From contig JAFXPH010000006.1 of NCBI GenBank assembly GCA_017528085.1, forward strand, positions 4,376 through 68,375: a DNA stretch of 64,000 nucleotides, read 5' to 3'. This stretch comes from Clostridia bacterium (GTDB taxonomy: Bacteria; Bacillota; Clostridia; TANB77; CAG-508). Positions 9,001 to 18,544 of this stretch are shown here, in pieces. Numbering within the stretch: position 1 is the stretch's first letter; each line of letters opens with the position of its first letter. The notes under the pieces are model-generated. The model made no database searches. It was not told the DNA's origin and saw only the letters and a list, made by a program, of their open reading frames with translations. Both the position numbers and the translations under genes were made by a program.

Positions 9001-11855
9001 TATTTGAATTTATAATTCCTGATATAGGATCAGGCGGTTTCCCAAAGAGAGAAATGGACAAGAGCGAACAATATGAAGGTACATTAGCACATTCAAAAGA
9101 GGACTATACAATTAATGAACAAAACACATTTGCTGCATTAGTTTCTACAATGACACCAGAGATTGACCCAGCATTATCAAAAGAGCAATACTTTAATGCT
9201 GTAAGTGATTTAAAATATGAAACAGAAGATGGTCAAACTATCGACCCTCAAGGAAAATCAAATCTATTCAGTGCGGCTGCTGCAGGAGATACAAATGCTG
9301 TACAAGGAGCAAGTGCATTTACAGCCGATAGTGAGACAACTGCTAAAACTTCATTTAGCAGACCAGTTGGAGCAAAAGTTAAAGGTGCTGCAAGATCTGT
9401 TGAATCTGTATCAATAGATGAATTCATAGAAGTTAACCAAGAAATGATAGACTACTGTATGCAAACAGGATATGATTATTGTGTATTAGTTGGTGATGCA
9501 GGTAATGGAGAACAAAATTGTAATCACGCACCAGTTCACGGAAATTCATGTAATTTACCAACATCATTTGAGAAGTCAAAAAATGGTGGTATACCAACTG
9601 CAAACTATTGTTGTGCTACATTGGTTTGCTGGGCACTTCAAAATGTTGAAGTTATTCCTGAATCTGACCATTTAGATGGTGCTGATTCACTTTGTGAATA
9701 TATTAAAAACGTATTAAATGCAGAAGTAATTCAAATAGGTGAACCATTAGAAGTTGGTGATATATTCTGCTATGATGGACATATTGACTATTTAGGTAAT
9801 GAAGACTCTGGTGGATTGATACTATTTAATGGTGGTCACTATTGTCCAATAGGATCTTCACTGGACTCAGATCATTCAGCATCACGTCACCAAAATGGTT
9901 GGCCAAGTGATGATAGATTAAAATTTGCATTAAGACTACCTTGGGGTGGTAAGAAGAAAGAACCTAAAAACTATGAAGGATTCATGGGAGGCGAAGCAGT
10001 AGTTTCACCAGTAACAGGTATTCTATTAGATTATGGTGTTTATGATGGTTCAATAACAAAGGAGACAAAGACAGTTGGCGAAGGAGATTTTGCTAACACA
10101 GTTGAAATACAACATGGACCAGACAGAGTAAACTTAAATAAATTATATCCTCCAATGGGATATCAATCAGTAATAGTTAACAAAAATAATGGAAAAGATA
10201 ATGATAATAATCAACCTGATACTCAAGTAACCACAGATGGACAAGAAGGAAAAGACCACATTGGTATGACACCAGAAGACATAGCAGAAACAACAGGTGG
10301 AGAGGTTGTAATAGATAAAGTTGCTTATGCTAAGATAATGACTTTAGATTATACTCATATTCAAAAGTTGGAAAATCACTTAGCTCACAATATACCACTA
10401 GCAGGAGGTGCGACATCACTTGTAAATTCAGAAGGTGGATTTGTTGAAGCAGATAAGATTAGTCCAGATAAGATAAGAGATTGGACAGATGATGAGATTA
10501 CATTATATGGCTATAAAGAGTTTGCAGAGTTATATTCAAAGTTTGGACTAGGTGGAACAATTATAACAATTGATGGATTTAAACCTGAAGCTCCAGTTGA
10601 AAAAGATGAAGAGGAAGAAGAGAAAACATATTCATCAGATCCAAGAGCTGAATATACAAATGTAAGTACAGAACCTCTAGGCGATGGTATTACACTTTCT
10701 AAATCATACTTTGCAAGTCAAAGTAAAGAATATAAGAAAACAAGATATGAACCTGATACAATCTATCAATTATCAACTGAAGCTGCTACAGATAAACAAA
10801 ATGCTGAAGCAACAATTAAGAAAGGTGCATATGCTATGTTAGCATATGGCGAAGATGAAATATATATTAAAGAAGGTACAGTTTTAGGTAGAACATATAC
10901 AAATAAAGAGTTTATAACAGAATGTAGAGATGGAGAATCATACGTAGATACTTATGATTCAAGAAAAGATCCAGATAATGAAGATGCTGCTACATTCTAT
11001 CAAAAGGATATGGATGGTAACTATATTAGAATAATAATGACTACATCAGATCAAACAACAGTAGAAAATGTTGAAGACTACATGAAGCTAGATGAAGTAG
11101 TTCATGACTTAGAAATCACAGATTGGTTATTATTCTACTGGATTCCATTTGAAGGTGGATGTACAAATACAACACCATATCAAGTAAAAGTAGTACAAAG
11201 ATATACAGGACCTTCATCAATAAGTACATGTTCAGAAGGTGAGGTTGCTATTGGTATTATCCAAGAGACAAGTTTGACAAGTAAAGGAATGTGTAACCAA
11301 AGAGATCAATTTGTACCATTCATGAAAAAGAATTATCCAGAAGTTTATAGCTACATTAGAGTTATGGATGGTAAAGATGCAAATTGGTGGTGGGAAGACT
11401 TTAATGGTGCTAACCAAGCACAAAAAGCAATTTCAGCATGTGATAAAGATATGCATGACTTATTACTAAAAGCAGAATTTGAAGAAGCAAAAGAGCACTA
11501 TTATAAGCCATTAATTGAGGAAATTCCATGGTTAGCATCAAAAAATGTTGCAGCTCAAGCTGAAATATTACACTTAAAAGTTTGGGGTGCAGATTATAAT
11601 GATATAACTGAAGGAATGTCAGATAAAGATTTAATAATGTATGCAAGAGAAAAAATCGCAACTACTTCTTCAACTGCAAACCAAAATCCAGATGGTGATA
11701 CAACTAAAGGTAGAGCATTTAATGAACCAGAGATTGGACTTGGTATTCTAGATGGAAGACTATCAGAAAGCGATATTGAAGAATTCGTAAAGACAGGTGA
11801 CTTTGGTATTATCACAAGTCATGGAGTTAAACAAGCTGGAGCTCAAACAAATTAA
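6099..11855 (+). CDS. giant (1918 aa) single-pass membrane protein: acidic + Ala/Gly/Asn/Gln-rich disordered N-terminal region, TM helix, large extracytoplasmic region with Cys-rich segment and CHAP/NlpC-P60-like Cys-His peptidase fold
   Basis: uninterrupted 5.7-kb ORF with AGAGGT RBS; TM at ~aa 240-275 (LGVVLFWVLVVAIILFILIGIIAFLL); motifs YCCATLVCWAL...GDIFCYDGHIDYLG resemble CHAP/peptidase C51 catalytic Cys and His. Confidence 0.75.
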   Translation: MSIFYEEGNEEEDDDLDPNKKQNDGQEDESSEFEDEIRDKLKEELKERDQAKNQEQANKDTTQSNQNGQAEGSNNTQGQGNGTDSAQTGSQNGPQNGPQSGPETTGQGPSTSGTTPNAASGTANATTNATNAGVNAGSNAAASTTASTGAAGTAGGTAAAGAGGATAAGGAAAGGSAAAAGGTAAAGAASAGGAAAAGGAAAGLGVVLFWVLVVAIILFILIGIIAFLLTMPGVALAKLKQLFGVLKQAVVAFFGGDTTQMIANQDMYDIMDYIESMGYDLKGDGYLTEFYGRDYLASSEFIDRIKQDNEERVEKTGDTSKNLPEDTTEGFSYENGAIRYGDKIAVADSDFLTTYMMSDNYCYTVKNFNLATQQSDDNWIQSIWHGIVALAEKVNRWAANLVGASTKSASRWGKGMIYLKERSASRQNEWDWEKLPEWANGYTLFKGSKSAELDAGAQTLTIKTTEWFTSTKIEYSLEGWTGRYGMPIEFLLAIHQATRMPDLPMSMVDYFPTTINIVLNSGTVDVDAMAVGTKDTLSKREIKGDGLWDWLTGGGVNEIQMCIKYGFCAPDCEGVDDKITGEHVNCCNQTIPEGTDIMEYTDLSICDACKTYMDGITSGIQETNRENADTYIPFIHSVKNHWYRDVLFVAKRDSEVINIDDDYELLMDERWTLYDTDDNGNTIWYKVDENGETTNEKWNGTKKEALEAGVAVARKAKLSKLEDKFKPEGSDDEKNKEFQGDWWTAYSFTDQQSSAKEKAFPEEPPESGKSQVYYVMTFTSGYPKQLEDGQRTETNNIIKDLFLNKYYLAYNGQGDTAEEIYNLRKEFLSNKSYNTDPEYATMPDGSYYYGPIPDNMIEKMLTTTEAGGKILNKEDETYVMANPNYNAQQEAVSGDDPTAENGNVSHEKLNLVNYIALPSVDSKALEAFTMLEHMHSVDADFIYKDFKELIVELGYFDKEALADHIPELFEFIIPDIGSGGFPKREMDKSEQYEGTLAHSKEDYTINEQNTFAALVSTMTPEIDPALSKEQYFNAVSDLKYETEDGQTIDPQGKSNLFSAAAAGDTNAVQGASAFTADSETTAKTSFSRPVGAKVKGAARSVESVSIDEFIEVNQEMIDYCMQTGYDYCVLVGDAGNGEQNCNHAPVHGNSCNLPTSFEKSKNGGIPTANYCCATLVCWALQNVEVIPESDHLDGADSLCEYIKNVLNAEVIQIGEPLEVGDIFCYDGHIDYLGNEDSGGLILFNGGHYCPIGSSLDSDHSASRHQNGWPSDDRLKFALRLPWGGKKKEPKNYEGFMGGEAVVSPVTGILLDYGVYDGSITKETKTVGEGDFANTVEIQHGPDRVNLNKLYPPMGYQSVIVNKNNGKDNDNNQPDTQVTTDGQEGKDHIGMTPEDIAETTGGEVVIDKVAYAKIMTLDYTHIQKLENHLAHNIPLAGGATSLVNSEGGFVEADKISPDKIRDWTDDEITLYGYKEFAELYSKFGLGGTIITIDGFKPEAPVEKDEEEEEKTYSSDPRAEYTNVSTEPLGDGITLSKSYFASQSKEYKKTRYEPDTIYQLSTEAATDKQNAEATIKKGAYAMLAYGEDEIYIKEGTVLGRTYTNKEFITECRDGESYVDTYDSRKDPDNEDAATFYQKDMDGNYIRIIMTTSDQTTVENVEDYMKLDEVVHDLEITDWLLFYWIPFEGGCTNTTPYQVKVVQRYTGPSSISTCSEGEVAIGIIQETSLTSKGMCNQRDQFVPFMKKNYPEVYSYIRVMDGKDANWWWEDFNGANQAQKAISACDKDMHDLLLKAEFEEAKEHYYKPLIEEIPWLASKNVAAQAEILHLKVWGADYNDITEGMSDKDLIMYAREKIATTSSTANQNPDGDTTKGRAFNEPEIGLGILDGRLSESDIEEFVKTGDFGIITSHGVKQAGAQTN
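6440..6720 (+). repeat. GC-rich low-complexity tract (GCA/GGT/GGA codon runs encoding poly Ala/Gly/Thr) inside the giant gene
   Basis: runs such as GCAGCAGCAGG / GGTGGAGC repeated; locally much higher GC than the surrounding AT-rich DNA. Confidence 0.7.
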
Positions 11856-11862
11856 TATATAA

Positions 11863-11897
11863 AAAGAAATGACAGAAATGTCATTTCTTTTTTTATG
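11863..11897 (+). terminator. rho-independent terminator
   Basis: AGAAATGACA-GAAA-TGTCATTTCT hairpin + T-run. Confidence 0.75.
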
Positions 11898-11971
11898 TTT
11901 TTAAAAAATAATATAGCTATTTTTTTTCAATTAGTATACAATATTTGTGAGATTAAATTAGGAGAATTAAT

Positions 11972-12652
11972 ATGAGTAGTAAAAATAATGAAGAAAAAAT
12001 GAAAAATGTTAAAGGATTAATATTATTTCTTGTAATACTTCTAGTTGTTTTAGTTGTTTATAGAATTATTCATGTAAGTACTGTAGATAAACAATTACGT
12101 TATTTAAATAGTGCAAATATAGAAGAAGGTACTATAGGAATAAGTAATATGTATGCCTTTGGTATGAAATATAATGGAGATGTTGAATTAGGTACTATAG
12201 ACAAAACAGTTTATTATTTTGCATCTGAACTAGCTCCGGAATACAAAAATATTGACGATATTGAAAAATACTATAATAGAAACGTAGATAAAATCACAAG
12301 ATATTTAGGAGTTGCTAATGTCGAAGATTTCAGCAAAGTAGTTAAAAGCTTACAAGCACTACCAGTAAGTGATTTAAAAGTTAAATCTATAAAATGCTAT
12401 GAATCTTCTATAAAAAGTAGAAAACTAAGTACAGCCATGACAGTTGGAATTGAATTTGAAGGATTAGATGACTATTATTTGATAGACGTTGATGTATTAG
12501 ATAAATCCTTATCAAATAGTGAATCTTCTGTAAAAATTTCTAGAAATTATGCTACAGATGTAGTTTACAATACTTCAGTAAAAGAAGAATTCGTAGAGGA
12601 TAAGATGAATAATAAAGTAATATATATGGAAACAACAGGTAGAGTTCATTAA
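11972..12652 (+). CDS. single-pass membrane protein with extracytoplasmic domain, unknown function (partner of giant protein?)
   Basis: 226-aa ORF, AGGAGAA RBS, N-terminal TM LILFLVILLVVLVVY. Confidence 0.55.
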   Translation: MSSKNNEEKMKNVKGLILFLVILLVVLVVYRIIHVSTVDKQLRYLNSANIEEGTIGISNMYAFGMKYNGDVELGTIDKTVYYFASELAPEYKNIDDIEKYYNRNVDKITRYLGVANVEDFSKVVKSLQALPVSDLKVKSIKCYESSIKSRKLSTAMTVGIEFEGLDDYYLIDVDVLDKSLSNSESSVKISRNYATDVVYNTSVKEEFVEDKMNNKVIYMETTGRVH

Positions 12653-12698
12653 TAAAAAAAAAAGCCTTTAAGCTTTTGCTTAAAGGCTTTTTTGCTTT
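12653..12698. terminator. bidirectional rho-independent terminator
   Basis: AAAGCCTTTAAGC/GCTTAAAGGCTTT hairpin flanked by A-run and T-run; sits between convergent genes. Confidence 0.75.
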
Positions 12699-13300
12699 TA
12701 AAATAGACTATTAATTATTTCAATAATTGAATTACTTAGTTTATCTATATCAATATCAGCATTTGAATTATAAGTGCTGACATCAGCATATGAATTAATT
12801 AATTTATTTATAATAAAGACTTTTTCATTTAAGTTTTCTTTTGATATTCCGTTTTTTTCAAACCATTCTACAATATCTTTATTGTACTGTTGTTCCATTT
12901 CAACATATATCTTTAAAAAGTCTTCATCTGAATGAATCATACCTATAATATTTTCATAAGATCTTCTTGTCATTTTTCTAAAATCGTAAGTTGTTTTAAG
13001 AAACTTCTTTATAGCAGGTTCTATATTATTATCTTTGATTTCAGTCTTCTCTATTATTTCATATATAGGGAAGAGAATAGGCTTAGAAAATATTTCTAAT
13101 GCTTCTAGCATAACAGCTTTTTTATCTGAAAAATATGCATAAAGTGTTCCAACAGAAACTTCAGCTTTATTTGCAATTTGAGGAGTAGTTAATGATTCAT
13201 AACCATTCTCACACACTAAGTAATAACCCGCATCTAGTATTCTGTTTTTCTTGTCTATACTATTTGTTTTCTTTGGTATTCTAGTAGGTGCTTTACCCAT
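12698..13300 (-). CDS. TetR/AcrR-family transcriptional regulator
   Basis: N-terminal HTH (ILDAGYYLVCENGYESLTTPQIANKAEVSVGTLYAYF), 200 aa. Confidence 0.8.
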   Translation of the reverse strand: MGKAPTRIPKKTNSIDKKNRILDAGYYLVCENGYESLTTPQIANKAEVSVGTLYAYFSDKKAVMLEALEIFSKPILFPIYEIIEKTEIKDNNIEPAIKKFLKTTYDFRKMTRRSYENIIGMIHSDEDFLKIYVEMEQQYNKDIVEWFEKNGISKENLNEKVFIINKLINSYADVSTYNSNADIDIDKLSNSIIEIINSLF

Positions 13301-14222
13301 TTTGACCTCCTTTATAGTATATTCCTTGATATAGATTTTTTTCTTTCATTATTTTATTAAATGTATTTAATATCCTTTTCTTGTGAAGATTCCACTCTGG
13401 TGCAACTAAGATATCTTTAGGTGCATCTCCGACAATTCTATGGATTATAATATTTTCTGGTACATGAGTTATTATATATTCTAGATCTTTTATATAATCT
13501 TCTTCAGTTATTGGTATATAAGAGCCATCGTTATACATCTTTTCTAAAACAGTATCTTTAACAACATATGTAGAATGAATTTTAAGACCTGTATATTGTA
13601 ATTTGTTTAAATATTCTACAGTGTTTTTAATATCTTCAAATGATTCATAAGGTAATCCGCACATTATATGTAGCACTGTGTCAATTTCATAATTGTTTAA
13701 AATAGATAAACTTTTTTCTAAGTCACTATTATTATATTTTAAATTAAGAAAATCTTTTGTTCTATCATTTGATGTTTGGAACCCAAGTTCAACTTGAACA
13801 TAATACTTTTCTTTGTATGTAGATAAAAGTTTTGCAACTTCTTCATTTATCATATCTGGTCTTGTTGCAATTGAAAGACCAACAATTCTATCATCTATTA
13901 AGCTACTATCATATTTAGATTTTAGGTTTTCTAGAGTATCGTAAGTATTAGTATAGTTTTGAAAATATACTATAAACTTATTAGCTCTATCTGATTTATA
14001 TGAAGATAGGTAATTTTTAACTTGATCAGTAATAGTTGGAGCTTTTTTAATTAGTTCTCCAGATCCTAAATTACTACAATAGATACATCCACCAGTTCCT
14101 TTTAAGCCATCACGATTGGGGCAAGTAAAAGAGCCATCAACACATATTTTTAAAACTCTTTCACCAAACTTCTTCTTATAGTATTCTGTTACTCTATTAT
14201 ACTTAAAACTATTTACTATCAT
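13293..14222 (-). CDS. radical SAM protein, TIGR01212-like (YhcC/YtqA family)
   Basis: CPNRDGLKGTGGCIYC cysteine motif near N-terminus, ~309 aa. Confidence 0.7.
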   Translation of the reverse strand: MIVNSFKYNRVTEYYKKKFGERVLKICVDGSFTCPNRDGLKGTGGCIYCSNLGSGELIKKAPTITDQVKNYLSSYKSDRANKFIVYFQNYTNTYDTLENLKSKYDSSLIDDRIVGLSIATRPDMINEEVAKLLSTYKEKYYVQVELGFQTSNDRTKDFLNLKYNNSDLEKSLSILNNYEIDTVLHIMCGLPYESFEDIKNTVEYLNKLQYTGLKIHSTYVVKDTVLEKMYNDGSYIPITEEDYIKDLEYIITHVPENIIIHRIVGDAPKDILVAPEWNLHKKRILNTFNKIMKEKNLYQGIYYKGGQNG

Positions 14223-14313
14223 ATCTAAAGTATATCAAAGTAAAAACTAAAAATAAAGTTCATATTGAGTTTTAATATTAAAACTAGTAAAATAGGGATT
14301 AGGAGAGAAAAAA

Positions 14314-14924
14314 TGGATATTCTAACAATGAAATCAAAAGTAAGCCTTGGCTGTAATAGATGTGATAAGTGTTGTGTATATAGAGGTGATATTAAACTTA
14401 CTGGAGTAAATATTTACCAAATATCAAAACACCTAAATATGACTCCAAAGGAGTTTATAGAAAAATATACTGAACGATTGGAAGACTCTTTCCCAGAAAT
14501 AGTATTTAAAACTAAGGGAGAGAAGAGGGAGTGTATACTTTATGATGATGACTTTAAGGGATGCTCAATTAACTCAATCAAACCTCTTCAATGTATAATG
14601 TTTCCATTAGTTCCAGAAAATTTAAAAAGAAATTACTTTACAAGTAATAATCAATGTCCATATGTTCCACCAAAGAAAATAACTGTTAAGAAGTGGCTAG
14701 ACGGAAATAATAGATTATATTCTAAGAATAAAAAGAATTATTTAAAGTGGATTTCATATATGGAATGGATCTCATATAGGGAAGAAAAATTAACAAAAGA
14801 AGAGAAAGAAAAGATATATTTTTATCTGTTTGAAAATTATGATATTTCGAAGAGAAATCTAAATAAGCAATTTGATTCAAACTTAAAAGAAGTAGAAAAA
14901 ATAATTAATCAAAAAGAAGACTAA
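14314..14924 (+). CDS. YkgJ-family cysteine-cluster protein (putative Fe-S/zinc-binding, UPF0153)
   Basis: CNRCDKCC motif; RBS AGGAGAG before ATG 14314 (ORF track start 14265 is upstream, no RBS). Confidence 0.6.
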
Positions 14925-14945
14925 TTTTTAGTCTTCTTTTTTCTT
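14914..14945 (+). terminator. rho-independent terminator
   Basis: AAGAAGACTA/TAGTCTTCTT hairpin + T-run, overlapping stop codon. Confidence 0.7.
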
Positions 14946-15035
14946 TAAAACCTTGAAATGTGTTGTAATTGAGGTTAATCTGTGATATAATAAAAAACTG
15001 TCTAGGAAAAAAATTTTTAAATTAGGAGAGTATAT

Positions 15036-18000
15036 ATGAATTCACTAGTAAAAGTTTTGCCTAGTCTTGAAAAATATAATGACTACATCTTTAATTTGAA
15101 AAAGGGTGTAAGTCCTATAATGCTTTCAGGACTGACAGATGTAGCTAAAGTACATATGGCATATTCAACAAAATTTTATACAGAAAAGCCAATATGCATA
15201 GTTACATATAACGAATTACAAGCTAAAAAAATAATAAATGATTTAGCATATTTTGAAGAAGAAGTTAAATTATTTCCAAAAAGAGATCTAATTAGTTTCG
15301 ACTATATAGTTGAAAGTAAAGATACTTTATATAGTAGAATTGAAGTATTAAATGATATCTATAAGGGTAATAATCCAATTATAGTAACAACTATAGAGGC
15401 TATGCTTCAAAAGATGATAAAGAAAGATAGTTTATATAAAAATGTTCTATCTATTAAAGTAGGAGATACTATCGATTTAGAGAAACTTAAGGAAAAACTT
15501 ATCTTACTTGGTTATGAAAGATATGATTTAATCGAAGGTAAAGGACAGTTCTCAATAAGAGGTGGTATCGTCGATGTTGCAACTTCTAAGACAGAAGGTG
15601 TAAGAATTGAACTTTGGGGAGATGAAGTTGATTCAATTAGGAACTTTAACATATCTACTCAAAGAACTACAGAAATGATTGGTGAATTTGATATTTATCC
15701 TTCTTTTGAATTCTTGCTTGAAGATAGTTTAGATAATATTGCTAAGAAGATTGATGAAAAGAATTATCCTCAATCAGTTAGAGTAAAAGTTGATGAAGAT
15801 ATAGAAGCAATCAAAGAAGGCGATTATTTAAACAAGATAGACAAATACTTTAATGAATTTTATCCTGAGACAGATACTCTTCTAGATTATCTATCAGACA
15901 ATTATATTGTATTTATAGATGAGATAGAAAAATTAAAGAGTAGAGCAATAAGTATAGAAAAAGATAATGAATCTTTAGTTAAAGATTTAATATCAAGAAA
16001 TAAATTAGTTCCAGGAATATTCATTTCAGACAATAACTATGAAAAATTTATTACTGAACTTGAAGATACTAAACAAACAATATATCTAGAAAGACAAGAT
16101 GTTGGATTTATAGATAAACAAAGTATGCATGCAAAAAGAAACGGATATAGCTTTAGCTATAGGGAGGTTAACTTTTTTCGTAGTTCAATGGATCTATTGT
16201 TTAAGGAATTACAAGAAGCTACTAAAAGAGGAAAAGGAACAATAGTCCTAGGCGGAAACGCTGAGAACTCAAAAAGACTTTCAAACATACTTTTGGAGCA
16301 TGATATTCAAACACAATACATGGAAAAACTAGAAGATGACTTAGCTCTTGGTGTCGTAATTGTTACACCAGGGGCTTTTAGTGCTGGCTTTGAATTCTAT
16401 GATGCAAATATTTTATTAGTTTCTATTGGTGAAATGTTTGAACCAAAACCTGTAAGAAAAAAGAAAATGGGTAAGACTTTTAAGGAAAGCGAAAAGATAG
16501 TTTTTGCAGACTTAAAAGAGGGAGATTATATTGTTCATAGATACCATGGTATTGGTCAGTATATAGGAGTAAATACTATAAGAGCTGACGGAGTAACTAA
16601 GGACTATGTTAAAATTAAATATTTAAATGGTGACCTTTTATATGTTCCTACTGATTCTTTAGATAACATTAGAAAATATATCGGTGATGAGAAAAATGGT
16701 CCGAGATTAAATAAACTAGGATCTAAGGACTGGGAGAAGACTAAAGCAAAAGTAAAGAGCAATTTAAGAGAGGTTGCAGAAGAACTAATAGAACTATACG
16801 CTAAAAGACAAAAAATGAAAGGCTACGCATTCTCAAAGGATACAGCATGGCAAAATGAATTCGAAAATAGTTTTAACTATGTTGAAACTGATGATCAATT
16901 AAGGTGTATTGAAGAAATCAAAAAAGATATGGAAGCTGATAAGCCAATGGATAGATTATTATGTGGAGATGTTGGCTATGGAAAGACTGAGGTTGCTATG
17001 AGGGCTGCGTTTAAAGCTGTTATGGATGGTAAACAGGTAGCATATCTAGCACCAACAACAGTCCTTTCTAATCAACAACTAGACTCTTTTAAAGAGAGAA
17101 TGAAAGACTATCCAGTAAGAATAGATATCCTAAATAGATTTAAAACAAAAAAAGAACAAAAAAATACCCTTAATAAGCTCGAAAATGGAAATTTAGACAT
17201 TTTAATCGGAACACATAGAATATTAAGTAACGATGTAAAATTTAAAAATTTAGGCCTTCTAATTGTCGACGAAGAGCATAGATTTGGTGTTAAAGCTAAA
17301 GAGAAAATAAAAGAGTATAAAAACAATGTTGACGTACTTACAATGACAGCTACTCCTATACCAAGAACATTACATATGTCTATTGTAGGAATGAGAGATT
17401 TATCTGTTATTTATGAGCCTCCTCAAAACAGAAAACCGGTTCAAACTTATGTATTTGAATATGATGAAGAAGTTATTAAAGAGGCAATAACAAAAGAAAT
17501 AGAAAGAGAAGGACAAGTTTTCTATCTATATAACAATGTTGAAGGTATTGAGAAAAAAGTAGTAGAAATCTCACAATTAGTACCTGAAGCAAAGGTGGTA
17601 TATGCACATGGAAAAATGACAGGTAATGAGATAGAAAATATCATGGAAGATTTCGTTGAAGGAAAGACTAATGTTTTAGTATGTACAACAATTCTAGAAT
17701 CTGGTATTGATATTCCAAATGCTAATACAATTATTGTTGAAAATGCAGATAGATTAGGCCTAGCTCAGCTATACCAAATAAGAGGTAGAGTAGGTAGATC
17801 TGATAGACAAGCATATGCATATATTACATATAAAAGGGATAAGATGCTTTCAGAAGTTGCTGATAGTAGATTAAAAGCAATAAAAGAATTTACTGAGTTC
17901 GGTTCTGGATATAAGATTGCTATGCGTGACTTAGAAATAAGAGGTGCAGGAAGTTTAATGGGAGAAATACAACATGGTCATATGGAACAAGTAGGATATG

Positions 18001-18494
18001 ACATGTATTGTAGACTATTAGACGAAGTAGTAAAAGAATTAAGAGGCGAAAAGGTAGAAGAAGAAAAAGATATCCAAATCGATATCAATTTATCAAGTTA
18101 TATTCCAGAAGAATACATATCTTCTAATTCTCAAAAAATTGAAGTATATCAAAACATTGCTCTATGTAAAACTGAAGAAGATATCTTAAATGTAACTGAT
18201 GAAATAATAGATAGATATGGACCAATACCTAAAGAAATTGAGAACTTACTTGATATAGTGAGAATAAAAACATTAGCAGGTAAAAAGAATATATTAAAGA
18301 TAATTCAAAGAAATCAAAATGTTTTATTCTATTTTGATCCAGAAGAATTTGACTTTAACATAGTTAATAATTTAATAAAACTATACAAAAATAAGATTAA
18401 GTTTTCACCATCTCAAGAACCATATATTACTCTTAATATTAATGAATATAGTGATTTGGTAAAAGCAATAATGAAATTTTTAAATTGTATATAA
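15036..18494 (+). CDS. mfd: transcription-repair coupling factor
   Basis: 1152 aa; UvrB-homology N-term, DEAD/H helicase motifs (LLCGDVGYGKTEVA, DEEHRFG, TATPIPRT, QLYQIRGRVGR). Confidence 0.95.
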   Translation: MNSLVKVLPSLEKYNDYIFNLKKGVSPIMLSGLTDVAKVHMAYSTKFYTEKPICIVTYNELQAKKIINDLAYFEEEVKLFPKRDLISFDYIVESKDTLYSRIEVLNDIYKGNNPIIVTTIEAMLQKMIKKDSLYKNVLSIKVGDTIDLEKLKEKLILLGYERYDLIEGKGQFSIRGGIVDVATSKTEGVRIELWGDEVDSIRNFNISTQRTTEMIGEFDIYPSFEFLLEDSLDNIAKKIDEKNYPQSVRVKVDEDIEAIKEGDYLNKIDKYFNEFYPETDTLLDYLSDNYIVFIDEIEKLKSRAISIEKDNESLVKDLISRNKLVPGIFISDNNYEKFITELEDTKQTIYLERQDVGFIDKQSMHAKRNGYSFSYREVNFFRSSMDLLFKELQEATKRGKGTIVLGGNAENSKRLSNILLEHDIQTQYMEKLEDDLALGVVIVTPGAFSAGFEFYDANILLVSIGEMFEPKPVRKKKMGKTFKESEKIVFADLKEGDYIVHRYHGIGQYIGVNTIRADGVTKDYVKIKYLNGDLLYVPTDSLDNIRKYIGDEKNGPRLNKLGSKDWEKTKAKVKSNLREVAEELIELYAKRQKMKGYAFSKDTAWQNEFENSFNYVETDDQLRCIEEIKKDMEADKPMDRLLCGDVGYGKTEVAMRAAFKAVMDGKQVAYLAPTTVLSNQQLDSFKERMKDYPVRIDILNRFKTKKEQKNTLNKLENGNLDILIGTHRILSNDVKFKNLGLLIVDEEHRFGVKAKEKIKEYKNNVDVLTMTATPIPRTLHMSIVGMRDLSVIYEPPQNRKPVQTYVFEYDEEVIKEAITKEIEREGQVFYLYNNVEGIEKKVVEISQLVPEAKVVYAHGKMTGNEIENIMEDFVEGKTNVLVCTTILESGIDIPNANTIIVENADRLGLAQLYQIRGRVGRSDRQAYAYITYKRDKMLSEVADSRLKAIKEFTEFGSGYKIAMRDLEIRGAGSLMGEIQHGHMEQVGYDMYCRLLDEVVKELRGEKVEEEKDIQIDINLSSYIPEEYISSNSQKIEVYQNIALCKTEEDILNVTDEIIDRYGPIPKEIENLLDIVRIKTLAGKKNILKIIQRNQNVLFYFDPEEFDFNIVNNLIKLYKNKIKFSPSQEPYITLNINEYSDLVKAIMKFLNCI

Positions 18495-18536
18495 AAAAAC
18501 TGAGCTGCACCGGAATTCCGATGCAGCTCTTTTTGG
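18492..18536. terminator. bidirectional GC-rich rho-independent terminator
   Basis: GAGCTGCACCGG-AATT-CCGATGCAGCTC hairpin flanked by A7 upstream and T5 downstream; serves convergent mfd (+) and 18545..19084 (-). Confidence 0.75.
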
Positions 18537-18544
18537 GATGCAAC

